DNA from: Escherichia phage ECO4
DNA: 64,000 nucleotides
Sequence record: NC_054911.1
Direction: 5' to 3' (one strand)
This document shows positions 1-9,478 of this stretch, piece after piece. The notes beneath the pieces are model-generated. The model was given only the letters and a program-made list of their open reading frames with translations, did no database searches and was not told the origin of the DNA. Both the position numbers and the translations under genes were made by a program. Within the stretch, counting starts at the first letter, position 1. Every line of letters starts with the position of its first letter.

Positions 1-1134
1 TAAATCAGCAGCTGATTTACTTTTACTTTCTGGAGATTTAAATTTTTCAACCTTTGAGTTAATCAATTCATCAACTTCAGCTTCAACAATTTCATTACTA
101 TCAATAGCACCTAACTGATAAGCACGTTTAATAGCATCACGGAATGGTTGATGCTTAAATAAAGGACCCCAGAATGTAGTGCAGTTGGTATCTTTTGCGC
201 GCCAAGATTTTTCTTCGCGAATCATCTCACCAGTTTCTTCATCAAGAAATTCACGAGCATACCAACCATTTTTAGGTTTTACCACGAATCCTAATTCTAG
301 AGCCATATCTAACAATCCAGAATAAGGATCGATACCGCCGTCAAATTTAACATCAATAAAGAATTTACTTTTTTCTTTAACGGTACGAGATTTTTCTACA
401 TTTAGAACAAATTGATACCCTTGAAGATCAGAACCATCTTTAATCTGACGTTTACCGATAATAAATACGGTATCAGCCGAATACATTACGCCTGTACCAC
501 CTGTCATCACGGTTTTACTAAACATTTCAATTGTTTCAATTGTATGGTTAACCGCAACACATGGAATATTTTTAATGCTAAAGTAAGGAGTAACAATACG
601 GAATAATGACTTCAGTGATTTAGCACGAGTCATATCTGCCACAGATTTTTCATTCAAGGCATCTTCAGTTTCTTTCTTAGAAGCCATATTACCGATTGAG
701 TCGATGAATACAATAACTTTTTCACCGCGCTCAATAGCTTCAAGCTGATTCACCATATCAATTTTTAGCTGTTCAACTGACTGAATCGGCGTATGAATTA
801 CTCGTTCTGGGTCAACCCCCATGGATCGCAAATAAGCTGGAGTAATACCAAATTCGCTATCATAGAATAGACAAACCGCGTCAGGATATTTGTTCAAATA
901 TGCCGCAACCATAGTCAAAGACATATTTGATTTAAAGTGTTTAGAAGGCCCTGCGAAAATAGTTAAACCAGACTGCATACCGCCATCAATCGCACCAGAA
1001 ATAGCAATATTAAGCATTGGAATTTTTGTACGGATTACATCCTTTTCATTAAAGAATTTAGATGTAGTCAGTTCAGCAGTCATTTTAGAAGTGGAAGCTT
1101 TAATCAAACGGGATTTTAAATCTGCAATAGACAT
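1..1134 (-). CDS. uvsX: UvsX RecA-like recombinase (3' end cut by window edge)
   Basis: Reverse-strand translation starts MSIADLKSRLIKASTSK at 1134 and contains GAIDGGMQSGLTIFAG; matches recalled T4 UvsX; frame open to position 1. Confidence 0.95.
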   Translation of the reverse strand, partial: MSIADLKSRLIKASTSKMTAELTTSKFFNEKDVIRTKIPMLNIAISGAIDGGMQSGLTIFAGPSKHFKSNMSLTMVAAYLNKYPDAVCLFYDSEFGITPAYLRSMGVDPERVIHTPIQSVEQLKIDMVNQLEAIERGEKVIVFIDSIGNMASKKETEDALNEKSVADMTRAKSLKSLFRIVTPYFSIKNIPCVAVNHTIETIEMFSKTVMTGGTGVMYSADTVFIIGKRQIKDGSDLQGYQFVLNVEKSRTVKEKSKFFIDVKFDGGIDPYSGLLDMALELGFVVKPKNGWYAREFLDEETGEMIREEKSWRAKDTNCTTFWGPLFKHQPFRDAIKRAYQLGAIDSNEIVEAEVDELINSKVEKFKSPESKSKSAADL

Positions 1135-1211
1135 TCATTTTTTCCATAGGCATCATTATATTTTCCTCACTGGTTAAAGATAGGGTAATTATAACACAAT
1201 AAATTTAGGCA

Positions 1212-2054
1212 TTAATCAACTGCTATTGGATGAATAGCATTAAACTTATGAAATGCTTCTGATTTTTCTTTACGCGAAACACACATGCGAAGAACCTTTA
1301 ATGGTTCATCTTCTTCACCCAACGATTTTCGTTTTTCAATATTAGAAGTTTTCCAACGAGCTTGCTCTGGAAACTCTCTATTGATTTGCTCAAGCGCTCT
1401 ATTATGTTTAGAATTACTACGAATTGAACTGCACCCGCCAGGAGCTTGTGCTTTTCCGGATACAACCAGATATTTGAACAAGGCCAAATGTGGATAACCT
1501 TGATTAATTAAATTGAGAAATGCATACATATCTTCGCATAAATCAATTTTTCCATACCCAATTTGTTCTGTCGTAAGTTTTCCGAGGTCATACCATGTAT
1601 TCGTGAATCCATATGAATTTTCACGATAATTACCCCAAGATGAAGTAATTTTAAAAATAGGTAGACGAGCATGGCCATGATAATACCCACAATCCATGGC
1701 ATCCTCAACATATTGAATCAATTCATAGAACTGTTCACGAGTTAATTGATTGACTTTATCTACGCAGCGTCGATCATCTCTTTTTCGCATTGAACTCATA
1801 CGAATAGTAGTATCATCGTCAATCATCCAGATTCGTTGACCTGCATACATATCAGTAATTGCTTTACGAGTACCGGCAATTCCGTTTACATCATCAGGAA
1901 TAGTTATAATTTTAGCTTTAGACCCATAGGCATCATAATAAGCTTTTTCTTCATGTTCACGCACTACAATATGGGGTTCATAATCAGTCGGAAACATATC
2001 AAGGGCAGAAACTGCCCCGACACGCTGATAACTTGGAATTACGAATTGAATCAT
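1212..2054 (-). CDS. putative GT-A fold glycosyltransferase at the beta-gt locus (possible HMC-DNA beta-alpha-glucosyltransferase)
   Basis: ORF between uvsX and gene 42; DXD-like motif RIWMIDDDTTI; does not match recalled T4 beta-gt; ATG at 2054 overlaps gene 42 stop (ATGA); track start 2060 is a GTG artefact. Confidence 0.6.
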   Translation of the reverse strand: MIQFVIPSYQRVGAVSALDMFPTDYEPHIVVREHEEKAYYDAYGSKAKIITIPDDVNGIAGTRKAITDMYAGQRIWMIDDDTTIRMSSMRKRDDRRCVDKVNQLTREQFYELIQYVEDAMDCGYYHGHARLPIFKITSSWGNYRENSYGFTNTWYDLGKLTTEQIGYGKIDLCEDMYAFLNLINQGYPHLALFKYLVVSGKAQAPGGCSSIRSNSKHNRALEQINREFPEQARWKTSNIEKRKSLGEEDEPLKVLRMCVSRKEKSEAFHKFNAIHPIAVD

Positions 2055-2791
2055 TTCCACTCACCTTTATAGTCTTTTTTCACAATATGAGTTTCGCCAG
2101 TATTCCACCAATGATCAACCAAGTAAAAATGACGAGAATATACATGAAGACTTCCAACATTCCATATAATAGAACCTGCTTTATACTGACGAGTTGAATC
2201 GCCTGCATTCAAATCAGATACTAATTTATCTAATACGTATTTTTGCCATGCATAATCATTACGGAATCCGAAGACCACGTCATTTGAGCGCATGCTTACT
2301 ACTGCATTGACTTTCTTATCACGAATCAGGTACTGTACTGTATTAGTACACATGAAATCTGACATACCATCTTTATTGTAGTCAAATTGCATAGATGGAC
2401 GAGTATAAATCATGATACCACGTCGAGAATCAGGATTTTGACCAAGTTCAGCTAAACACATATCATACTGAGCATAGTTATCTTCTGACCAGATAGCCCA
2501 ACCATAATTCGAGTTAATTTCACCTTTAGAAGATGCTACTTGTTGCCAAATCTTCGGTGTTTCACCTGGAATATCTTTAACAAACAAGCTTTTAGATTTA
2601 TACCATTCAAGTTCACGCTGAATGTATTCATCATTAAGAGCGCCAAAAATAAACGGTTCATCTGCTACAAATGATGCGCCAATAATTTCAATAGTTTTAA
2701 CACCAGTTTTATCAACTACGAAATCTTTTTCTTTTAATGCAAGCCCCAAATGAAGACGGATTTCTTCAACTGTCATAGAGTCACTAATCAT
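2051..2791 (-). CDS. 42: dCMP hydroxymethylase
   Basis: 246 aa, MISDSMTVEEIRLHLGLALKEKDF..., matches recalled T4 gp42. Confidence 0.95.
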   Translation of the reverse strand: MISDSMTVEEIRLHLGLALKEKDFVVDKTGVKTIEIIGASFVADEPFIFGALNDEYIQRELEWYKSKSLFVKDIPGETPKIWQQVASSKGEINSNYGWAIWSEDNYAQYDMCLAELGQNPDSRRGIMIYTRPSMQFDYNKDGMSDFMCTNTVQYLIRDKKVNAVVSMRSNDVVFGFRNDYAWQKYVLDKLVSDLNAGDSTRQYKAGSIIWNVGSLHVYSRHFYLVDHWWNTGETHIVKKDYKGEWK

Positions 2792-2944
2792 TTAAACCTC
2801 AATTGATACATTCATATTTAACTTGTAACAGTAATAAACTCCAACCTAAAATAATAGTTGGAATCATAAGAGGAACCGTTACACTATAGTATATACTTAT
2901 TATAATCATCAAGATTAAAAGCAATGCTGCTATAATTTTGCTTT

Positions 2945-3196
2945 TCATTCCTTCTCTCTGATGATAATTACCTGATTTGGCTGCGCAGACTTTTTAGTTT
3001 CACCAGCAATTGACCAAATAAATGTAATAAACCAACCAATAATTGACCAGTTAAACAGTAAAGATGTGAAAAAGATTCCTACTGTCGATTTTGACCCACG
3101 CATCAAGGCGATAAACCATGGAAGCATGTATATAATAATAGCCAACACGCCTGAAACTAAAACCATAAAAATTGAACCTGCTACTAAAGTTTCCAT
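2945..3196 (-). CDS. imm: Imm superinfection immunity membrane protein
   Basis: 83 aa, two hydrophobic helices, position after gene 43 and before 42, RBS GAGGAAA. Confidence 0.85.
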   Translation of the reverse strand: METLVAGSIFMVLVSGVLAIIIYMLPWFIALMRGSKSTVGIFFTSLLFNWSIIGWFITFIWSIAGETKKSAQPNQVIIIREKE

Positions 3197-3203
3197 GTTT
3201 TCC

Positions 3204-3584
3204 TCACTTAGTCAAATTTTTTACACATGAATTATAAGAATTCACTACATACTCCATCGGAGCATTTTTACCAGTACGCCATTGGTAATTATTAGCCCAA
3301 TTTGCCCAAAGCATGGCGCAGTAGTTTTCAATTTTTTCTTCGCGTGTAATTACATCTGAATTACGATATGCTTGAGCAGATTCATCTGGACGAATAGCTT
3401 CGTCAAAATTCGCCTGCATTTGTTCTACTGTTTGCTTTGGAGCTTCTTTATAACACTTGATATTAGGATTATAAAATTTGCTTGAACAGTTTACAATTTT
3501 TCCTGCATCAGACTGATTTACTACCGGTCCTTGAGCTACACAACCAGTAAGACCTAATGCAATAACCAAAATAGCGATTTTCAT
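3204..3584 (-). CDS. predicted lipoprotein
   Basis: N-terminal signal peptide MKIAILVIALGLTGC with lipobox LTGC; RBS GAGGAAA. Confidence 0.6.
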   Translation of the reverse strand: MKIAILVIALGLTGCVAQGPVVNQSDAGKIVNCSSKFYNPNIKCYKEAPKQTVEQMQANFDEAIRPDESAQAYRNSDVITREEKIENYCAMLWANWANNYQWRTGKNAPMEYVVNSYNSCVKNLTK

Positions 3585-3594
3585 AATAATTTCC

Positions 3595-3831
3595 TCAAAT
3601 GCAAGTAGTAATTACTCCAGTAGTGCTTATGCAGGTATTACCCATTTGCACACCTAAAGATCCATTTGTATTCACATGAAGATTATCGTCAATTTTAACT
3701 GATATTTTACCATTAGTGTGAATAACGGTGCTAGATTCAATCACAGGTTGAGTATCATTTTCAACACTAACAAATGGAACTGCTGCTAATGCAACTAAAC
3801 AAACTGCTAAGCATCCCATAACAATTTTCAT
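3595..3831 (-). CDS. small exported protein with signal peptide
   Basis: MKIVMGCLAVCLVALAAVPFVSV signal-like N-terminus; ATG at 3831 with GGAG 7 nt upstream; track start 3843 is TTG artefact; directly downstream of early promoter. Confidence 0.5.
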   Translation of the reverse strand: MKIVMGCLAVCLVALAAVPFVSVENDTQPVIESSTVIHTNGKISVKIDDNLHVNTNGSLGVQMGNTCISTTGVITTCI

Positions 3832-3868
3832 TTCATTCTCCAAATCCGTATCAGTAGTTGATAGTTGT

Positions 3869-3898
3869 ATAGTACCATAGAAGAACAGGGATGTAAAC
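3869..3898 (-). promoter_or_regulatory. early (sigma70) promoter, GTTTAC-18nt-TACTAT
   Basis: Minus-strand GTTTAC (3898-3893) and TACTAT (3874-3869), A-rich upstream element. Confidence 0.7.
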
Positions 3899-3980
3899 AG
3901 TTTTGTGAAAAAATTTTTAGGGAATCCAAAGGGTCCAGAATCATCTCTTTTTCATAAGTATAGATTTATATTACTTGTAT

Positions 3981-4003
3981 GAAAAAGGGACCCGGAGGTC
4001 CCT
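3981..4003 (-). terminator. intrinsic terminator after gene 43
   Basis: Hairpin AGGGACC-UCCG-GGUCCCU followed by U-run on minus strand. Confidence 0.6.
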
Positions 4004-4015
4004 AGATTTATTCTA

Positions 4016-6712
4016 TCAGCCAAACAGGAAGTCTAACGAAGCTTTTTCTTCATAGTCCATGCCAGCCGATTCACACATACCCGCAAGCGGTTTAACAAAC
4101 GATTTTTGGAACAAAGTTGAGTAGTCAATCCAAGACAGTACGTCAGAACGAATTTCTTTTGGAAGTTCTGTACCCGACGGCCAAGCAATGCATTTGTCAC
4201 CAAATGGATTTCCTTCACGCAATGGAAGAACCATTACTTTATTTCCATCCAAAATTGGAGCTACACCTAAACCGCTAACAGCTCGACGATAAGTTAGCAC
4301 ACCGCGAATATGGAACGGGCATTTAAATCCTGGCCAACCTTTATCATCATATTTCGCTATATCGTTCGCAGTTTTTACTTCAGCAATAACTTTATAGTCA
4401 AGTTGACGATATTCTTTCTCGAAGTTCTTGTAGTATTCTTGGACAGACTCTTCACCTTCTTGAAGAATACGACGAATACTTTCTTCGAGAGCTTCTTGCA
4501 CTGCTTTTGGTGTTGAACTCTGCTGAGTTTCCATACCCATGATTTTTAGATGCGGTTCAGCAAATCGTTTATCTTCCATATCATAAACGTTCAGAGCATA
4601 ACGCTTTTTCGCTTTCCAAAATCCACCAACACCCTTTGAACCAAGTGGAGGGCAAGAAATAGCTTCACGGTCCATATGCATCAGATGCTCGCGGTTATTC
4701 ATATAATCACATAACTCACGATATGCAACATCAATCATAGGTTCCATCTTTTTCTTACCGAACTGATTCATGAATTCAACTAAATCGTTCTGCTCTTTGA
4801 ATCGGTCAAGACCAACTTTTTCAATAACTTTATCTACACAAACATATACCGAATCAGTATCACCTGCTGCGATGAAATCTTCACCATTAGTTCCGCATAC
4901 TTTATTCAGATATTCATTAATTTTACGAGCAATCCACTGAATACCAACTTGGCCGAAAATTGTGATAGCAGTAGCATTTCGCAAATCATAGTAACGAAAA
5001 TGAATATTACCAAGAGCACCGTAAAGACTGTTAATAAGAATTTTACGGTTCAGCTGATTTGTGTTAGCAAGTGTAGCTGCTTTTTCACATTCTTCAATCA
5101 AACTATTGAGAACAGATTCGGTGTAATTCGATAGTTCATTTAAGAAATCATCACTGAACTTAACATATCGTTCAACTTCAGGTTTAGTTGAACAAGACCC
5201 TGCGCCTTTCATAATAATCTTTTTAATAGCTTCGGCATTCATTTCTTCAGCGAACATTTTCTTTTTCCAATCTTTACGCTGGAAAAATACTTTAGCGATT
5301 TCCTTTGGAATGATACCTTCTTGATGCTTATCATACATCCATCCATTCGGAGAACAAGAATATTCATCACTCGGTTTAGGAGCTGTTCCTGCAATATATT
5401 CATGAATTGGATGAACTTTAAACTGCCCACGAATAGTCTCAGGACTAATGTTAACCTGACGAATAATGCTCGGATACAGAGACGTCAAGTCAAAACTCAT
5501 AATATATCGACGAGCAATTGGTTTAGGTTCAAACACAAATGCACCCGGAAAACTCTGTTTAACGTGCGAACCCTGTTGAGGAATAACCTTATGTTCACCT
5601 TTCAATGAGTTAAAAATAATGGCATCCCAGGTTTTAATAGGACTCATTACACCAGAAAAAGGCATTTTAGCGTAATAAGACATACTTAAAACTAGATCGA
5701 TAAACCCGCGAATTTTATCAATTGCTTGAACTGATTCTACGTCAATGATGTTATAACTAATGTATCGTTGATGATTAGTCTCACGAAGTTTATTAATAGG
5801 ACCGTCGTATGGTAATTTACCTTTTTTGGTTTCATGCTGAGCAACTGATTCCAAAGAGAATGACGGCAAATTAGTAAATGCGAATTTCTTATACAAATCT
5901 AAATAATCAAGAATAGATACGCCATCAATAGAATAAATTTCTTTGCTACCGTACATATTTTGGATAAGTTTAGATTTTACTCGACCGATTGGAGAGAAGC
6001 GTTTCATACTACGTTCACCGAGAACCATTTTAACGCGATTCATGATATACGGAACGTCAAATCCCTCAATATTCCAACCAGTAAAAATAGCAGGTCGTTT
6101 CTGTTCCCAAAGATTAATATATTCCATGAGCATATCACGCTCATTATCGAATGGCATATAAATTACTCGGTCAAGAATTTCTTGAGGAACTTCATCACCA
6201 CCTTCACAGTCAAGCTTAGCAGCTAACTTTGCATCCCATTTTGATACTGAACCATACATTGAATTCAAAAGGTCGAAAACATAAAAACGATCGTCAATTG
6301 AATCATAATGAGTGATAGCATCAATTTCATATTCTGCTTTCATTGGGTCAGGAAATTTATCACCAGTAACCTCAATGTCACAGTTAGCTACACGAACAAA
6401 TTTTCGGTCATAAACAATTTCTGAACCATATGTATCACTGATATAAGCGAGTTTAAAATCGTTCATACCGAGAGCTTCGAGACCGATGTCTTCCATTCTC
6501 TTCATCCAATCTCGAGCATCTTTCATTGATGGAAATTTTTGAGGAGCGCAGTTTTTACCATAGATGTCTTTGTACTTTGACTCTTCCTTACAATGCCTAA
6601 ACATAGTTGGAAGATATTCTACTTCACGAGTACGTTCCTTTCCGTTTTCATCAATATAACGTTCAACAATGTTATTTCCGACTGTTTCGATAGAGATATA
6701 AAATTCTTTCAT
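4016..6712 (-). CDS. 43: DNA polymerase
   Basis: 898 aa, MKEFYISIETVGNNIVERYIDENGKERT..., exonuclease and polymerase motifs (FDIE, YGDTDS); matches recalled T4 gp43. Confidence 0.97.
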   Translation of the reverse strand: MKEFYISIETVGNNIVERYIDENGKERTREVEYLPTMFRHCKEESKYKDIYGKNCAPQKFPSMKDARDWMKRMEDIGLEALGMNDFKLAYISDTYGSEIVYDRKFVRVANCDIEVTGDKFPDPMKAEYEIDAITHYDSIDDRFYVFDLLNSMYGSVSKWDAKLAAKLDCEGGDEVPQEILDRVIYMPFDNERDMLMEYINLWEQKRPAIFTGWNIEGFDVPYIMNRVKMVLGERSMKRFSPIGRVKSKLIQNMYGSKEIYSIDGVSILDYLDLYKKFAFTNLPSFSLESVAQHETKKGKLPYDGPINKLRETNHQRYISYNIIDVESVQAIDKIRGFIDLVLSMSYYAKMPFSGVMSPIKTWDAIIFNSLKGEHKVIPQQGSHVKQSFPGAFVFEPKPIARRYIMSFDLTSLYPSIIRQVNISPETIRGQFKVHPIHEYIAGTAPKPSDEYSCSPNGWMYDKHQEGIIPKEIAKVFFQRKDWKKKMFAEEMNAEAIKKIIMKGAGSCSTKPEVERYVKFSDDFLNELSNYTESVLNSLIEECEKAATLANTNQLNRKILINSLYGALGNIHFRYYDLRNATAITIFGQVGIQWIARKINEYLNKVCGTNGEDFIAAGDTDSVYVCVDKVIEKVGLDRFKEQNDLVEFMNQFGKKKMEPMIDVAYRELCDYMNNREHLMHMDREAISCPPLGSKGVGGFWKAKKRYALNVYDMEDKRFAEPHLKIMGMETQQSSTPKAVQEALEESIRRILQEGEESVQEYYKNFEKEYRQLDYKVIAEVKTANDIAKYDDKGWPGFKCPFHIRGVLTYRRAVSGLGVAPILDGNKVMVLPLREGNPFGDKCIAWPSGTELPKEIRSDVLSWIDYSTLFQKSFVKPLAGMCESAGMDYEEKASLDFLFG

Positions 6713-6750
6713 AGATATTCCTTAGTTTATAGCCCGAGTTATTAGGCTCT
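6713..6750 (-). promoter_or_regulatory. gp43 translational operator (hairpin with AAUAACUC loop plus Shine-Dalgarno)
   Basis: mRNA reads AGAGCCUAAUAACUCGGGCUAUAAACUAAGGAAUAUCUAUG; loop AAUAACUC matches the known gp43 autoregulatory hairpin. Confidence 0.8.
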
Positions 6751-6770
6751 TGATATATTATACTCCAAAT

Positions 6771-6788
6771 AAGGGGCCGAAGCCCCTT
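6771..6788 (-). other. UUCG-tetraloop RNA hairpin (regA-43 intergenic)
   Basis: mRNA AAGGGGC-UUCG-GCCCCUU. Confidence 0.6.
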
Positions 6789-6790
6789 GC

Positions 6791-7159
6791 TTAATTACCA
6801 ATCGTATATTTAGGAACGAGTTTCCATTCATGTTTTTGTTTAAAAGAAATAACTCGGAAGTTATTAGTTAAATCTTTCATAAAAGTTCTTTGACCAGGGA
6901 CGATTTCAATCAGTCCCCAATCTTCTAACAGCCATGCAATCGAATCACGACGAACTTCATCTTCTTCTGTCATTTCAACTTGACGGCCATCCATACGAAG
7001 CATTTCTTTAAAATGAACGATATAGTATAGTCCTTTTTTCTGAAGAATATGACAGGACTGATACAGAACTTTATCTTTATTATTAGCAATTCCCATACGA
7101 GTCAAAGTTTCTTTTACTTTCAGAAAATCTTCAGGTTTTTTAAGAGTAATTTCAATCAT
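6791..7159 (-). CDS. regA: RegA translational repressor
   Basis: 122 aa MIEITLKKPEDFLKVKETLTRMGIANN..., matches recalled T4 RegA. Confidence 0.95.
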   Translation of the reverse strand: MIEITLKKPEDFLKVKETLTRMGIANNKDKVLYQSCHILQKKGLYYIVHFKEMLRMDGRQVEMTEEDEVRRDSIAWLLEDWGLIEIVPGQRTFMKDLTNNFRVISFKQKHEWKLVPKYTIGN

Positions 7160-7160
7160 T

Positions 7161-7724
7161 TTACCATTCCAATGCTAGTTTTTTGAGTTGTTTCTGTTCT
7201 TTTACGTTCTTAGTCACTTCTTTCAAAAAATCATCCGTGACTAATCCTTTAAGTTCTTTTAATACTAAAGGTAGTTTTCCATTTTTAGTAAGAATTGATT
7301 TATAGTTAATTGCATCATTTGTATTAACTTGATAACGCTTAGCAAGTAACTTAATAATCAATACTTCGGTGGAATCTTCAACTAGTTTTGCCCATTTACC
7401 ATATCTTTTACCACGAGGAACTGCAGCCATTAGATAATTAAAATGGGCTTCATCACTTAAGCCTGATCCAATTAAATTCATAGCATATACAGCCGGCATG
7501 CACTCTGGAAATTGTGATAATGCATTTTCAACCATGAATTTTGAATAATCTTTTTGAGCAATAGAGCATTTAGTTTTATTATTAATAGCTCCAATTATTT
7601 CAAAAAACTCATTTTCAGCTTTTTCTTTAAAAGAATCAGCAGCGGATTGGACAGCTGTCCAATCTTTTGAATACCAAGCAACTTGATGCTCGTTTAATTG
7701 AATATCATCTTCAAATAAGCTCAT
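7161..7724 (-). CDS. 62: clamp-loader small subunit
   Basis: 187 aa from [22 protein letters not shown]; ATG 7724 adjacent to gene 44 stop; track start is GTG artefact. Confidence 0.93.
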   Translation of the reverse strand: MSLFEDDIQLNEHQVAWYSKDWTAVQSAADSFKEKAENEFFEIIGAINNKTKCSIAQKDYSKFMVENALSQFPECMPAVYAMNLIGSGLSDEAHFNYLMAAVPRGKRYGKWAKLVEDSTEVLIIKLLAKRYQVNTNDAINYKSILTKNGKLPLVLKELKGLVTDDFLKEVTKNVKEQKQLKKLALEW

Positions 7725-7725
7725 A

Positions 7726-8685
7726 TCACTTCCACTGCATTTCACATGCTAACTGAATGAAAAGATAAGCTAAATGCAATTCAGTATTAGCTGCAATACC
7801 ATGATACTGATTATTTTCACCAACAATTTCATACATACGAATAATACTTTGCGGAGTTACGCGTGTATAGATTTCTTCGGCAAGTTTACCTACGAACCAC
7901 GAATAATCAGCTGCATATTTTGGTGCTAAAGCTCTGAGCTGTTTAACATCTTTATTTTTGAGAGACTCAAGAACATCATCAATAGCACCACGATCGTTAG
8001 TAACCAGTGATAAAATACCAGCATCCAAAACACCTTTAGATGAATAACTATCGAGCTCGCCAATAGTTTTACGAAAATCAGGAAAATTCTTTTTAACCAA
8101 AGCTGCTACAACTTTCATATCAGCTATAGCAATTCCTTCATGCTTGCAGATTTCAGTCAATCGACGAATCATCTGCTTCATCATTTCAATTTTATCTTCA
8201 TCGGTCGGTTGACCGAATGTAATAACTCGGCAGCGTGACTGAAGTGGTTTAATAATACCATCAATATTGTTAGCAGTAATAATAATACTACAGTTTGAAC
8301 TATAAGCTTCCATAAAGGAACGAAGATGTCGCTGAGACTCTGCTAACCCTGAGCGGTCAAATTCATCAATAACGATTACTTTTTGACGACCATCAAATGA
8401 AGCGGCGCTGGCAAAATTAGTCAAAGGACCGCGAACGAAATCAATTTTACAATCTGATCCATTCACAAACATCATATCAGCATTTACATCATGACACAAT
8501 GCTTTTGCTACAGTTGTTTTACCTGTTCCTGGAGAAGGAGAATGAAGAATAATATGTGGAATCTTACCTTTACTTGTAATAGATTTAAAGGTTTCTTTAT
8601 CAAAGGCGGGAAGAATACATTCATCGATAGTAGATGGACGATATTTCTGTTCAAGAATGTGTTCTTTTTCATTTACGGTAATCAT
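7726..8685 (-). CDS. 44: clamp-loader ATPase subunit
   Basis: 319 aa from [17 protein letters not shown]; Walker A GTGKTT, DEFD Walker B; RBS GAGGAAA; track start is TTG artefact. Confidence 0.95.
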   Translation of the reverse strand: MITVNEKEHILEQKYRPSTIDECILPAFDKETFKSITSKGKIPHIILHSPSPGTGKTTVAKALCHDVNADMMFVNGSDCKIDFVRGPLTNFASAASFDGRQKVIVIDEFDRSGLAESQRHLRSFMEAYSSNCSIIITANNIDGIIKPLQSRCRVITFGQPTDEDKIEMMKQMIRRLTEICKHEGIAIADMKVVAALVKKNFPDFRKTIGELDSYSSKGVLDAGILSLVTNDRGAIDDVLESLKNKDVKQLRALAPKYAADYSWFVGKLAEEIYTRVTPQSIIRMYEIVGENNQYHGIAANTELHLAYLFIQLACEMQWK

Positions 8686-8717
8686 AATTTCCTCATTCAA
8701 GTTTTAGTGTAAATTAT

Positions 8718-8735
8718 AAAGGGCCGAAGCCCTCT
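8718..8735 (-). other. UUCG-tetraloop RNA hairpin (after gene 45)
   Basis: mRNA AGAGGGC-UUCG-GCCCUUU. Confidence 0.6.
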
Positions 8736-8736
8736 A

Positions 8737-9423
8737 TTAAAAATCGTGGGTAGAATCAGCTTCAAGAGCTACTACATAATTCGCGTGTTCACCTTCAAAT
8801 TTAGCAGCACCTTGTTTACCTTTTGCCCAGAGCAGAAGTTTATAATTTCCTGGTTGCATTTTCATATTTGCCATATTGATAATAAAATTAAATGTATTTT
8901 CACCATCATAATCACCAAGAGTCAAAGAATATTTAACACGGGTCAGAGCAGAATCTTCTACTTTATTAAAACCGTTAATTACGATTTTACCTTCTTTTAC
9001 CGTGATAGCAATTGTATCAATTTGCAGACCACGAGATACACGCAACAGTTGTTGAAGGTCTTCAGCTTTAATTTCAGTAACAACAGATGCTACCGGGAAT
9101 GGAATTGGTTTATTAGGAGCAACTACTGTACTCGGATCGGCTGCTGGCCAAAAAATTGTTGAACGAGCATCAGCAATTTTAATATTACCATCTTCTGACT
9201 GGGAAATTTCTGCATCATCATTAACTAGAGACAGAATACCGAGAAAACCGTTCAAATCGTAAATTGCTACATCAAAATCAATAACGTCAGAAATATTCGC
9301 TTCTGCATAAGTTGTACCATTAACCGCACGAGTCATAATAAATTGACCGGATTTAAGCATAATACCAGAGTTAATAGTAGCGAAATTTTTCAGCAGAGCA
9401 GTAGTATCTTTAGACAGTTTCAT
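8737..9423 (-). CDS. 45: sliding clamp
   Basis: 228 aa MKLSKDTTALLKNFATINSGIML..., matches recalled T4 gp45. Confidence 0.95.
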   Translation of the reverse strand: MKLSKDTTALLKNFATINSGIMLKSGQFIMTRAVNGTTYAEANISDVIDFDVAIYDLNGFLGILSLVNDDAEISQSEDGNIKIADARSTIFWPAADPSTVVAPNKPIPFPVASVVTEIKAEDLQQLLRVSRGLQIDTIAITVKEGKIVINGFNKVEDSALTRVKYSLTLGDYDGENTFNFIINMANMKMQPGNYKLLLWAKGKQGAAKFEGEHANYVVALEADSTHDF

Positions 9424-9452
9424 GTAATTTCCTTCAATTCAAATGAGATTTA

Positions 9453-9477
9453 ATTTTATAACTAATTTAATAAAGCA
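9453..9477 (-). promoter_or_regulatory. MotA-dependent middle promoter for gene 45
   Basis: Minus-strand TGCTTTA MotA box, 12 nt spacer, TAAAAT -10 element. Confidence 0.6.
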
Positions 9478-9478
9478 A

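Noticed and set aside
3831-3843. ORF-track N-terminal extensions using TTG/GTG (MENEM-type starts at 3843, 31712, 47379; also 7745, 8700, 16747, 20082, 23927, 47062, 2060)
   Set aside because: In each case an ATG preceded by a GGAG/GAGG RBS lies a few codons downstream and matches the recalled T4 protein N-terminus where one is known.
6751-6770. Possible sigma70-type promoter (TATAAT) between the UUCG hairpin and the gene 43 operator
   Set aside because: A TATAAT is present on the coding strand but I could not find a properly spaced -35 or MotA box; left unannotated.
8746-9162. 138-aa plus-strand ORF
   Set aside because: Lies entirely antisense within gene 45, whose identity is secure.
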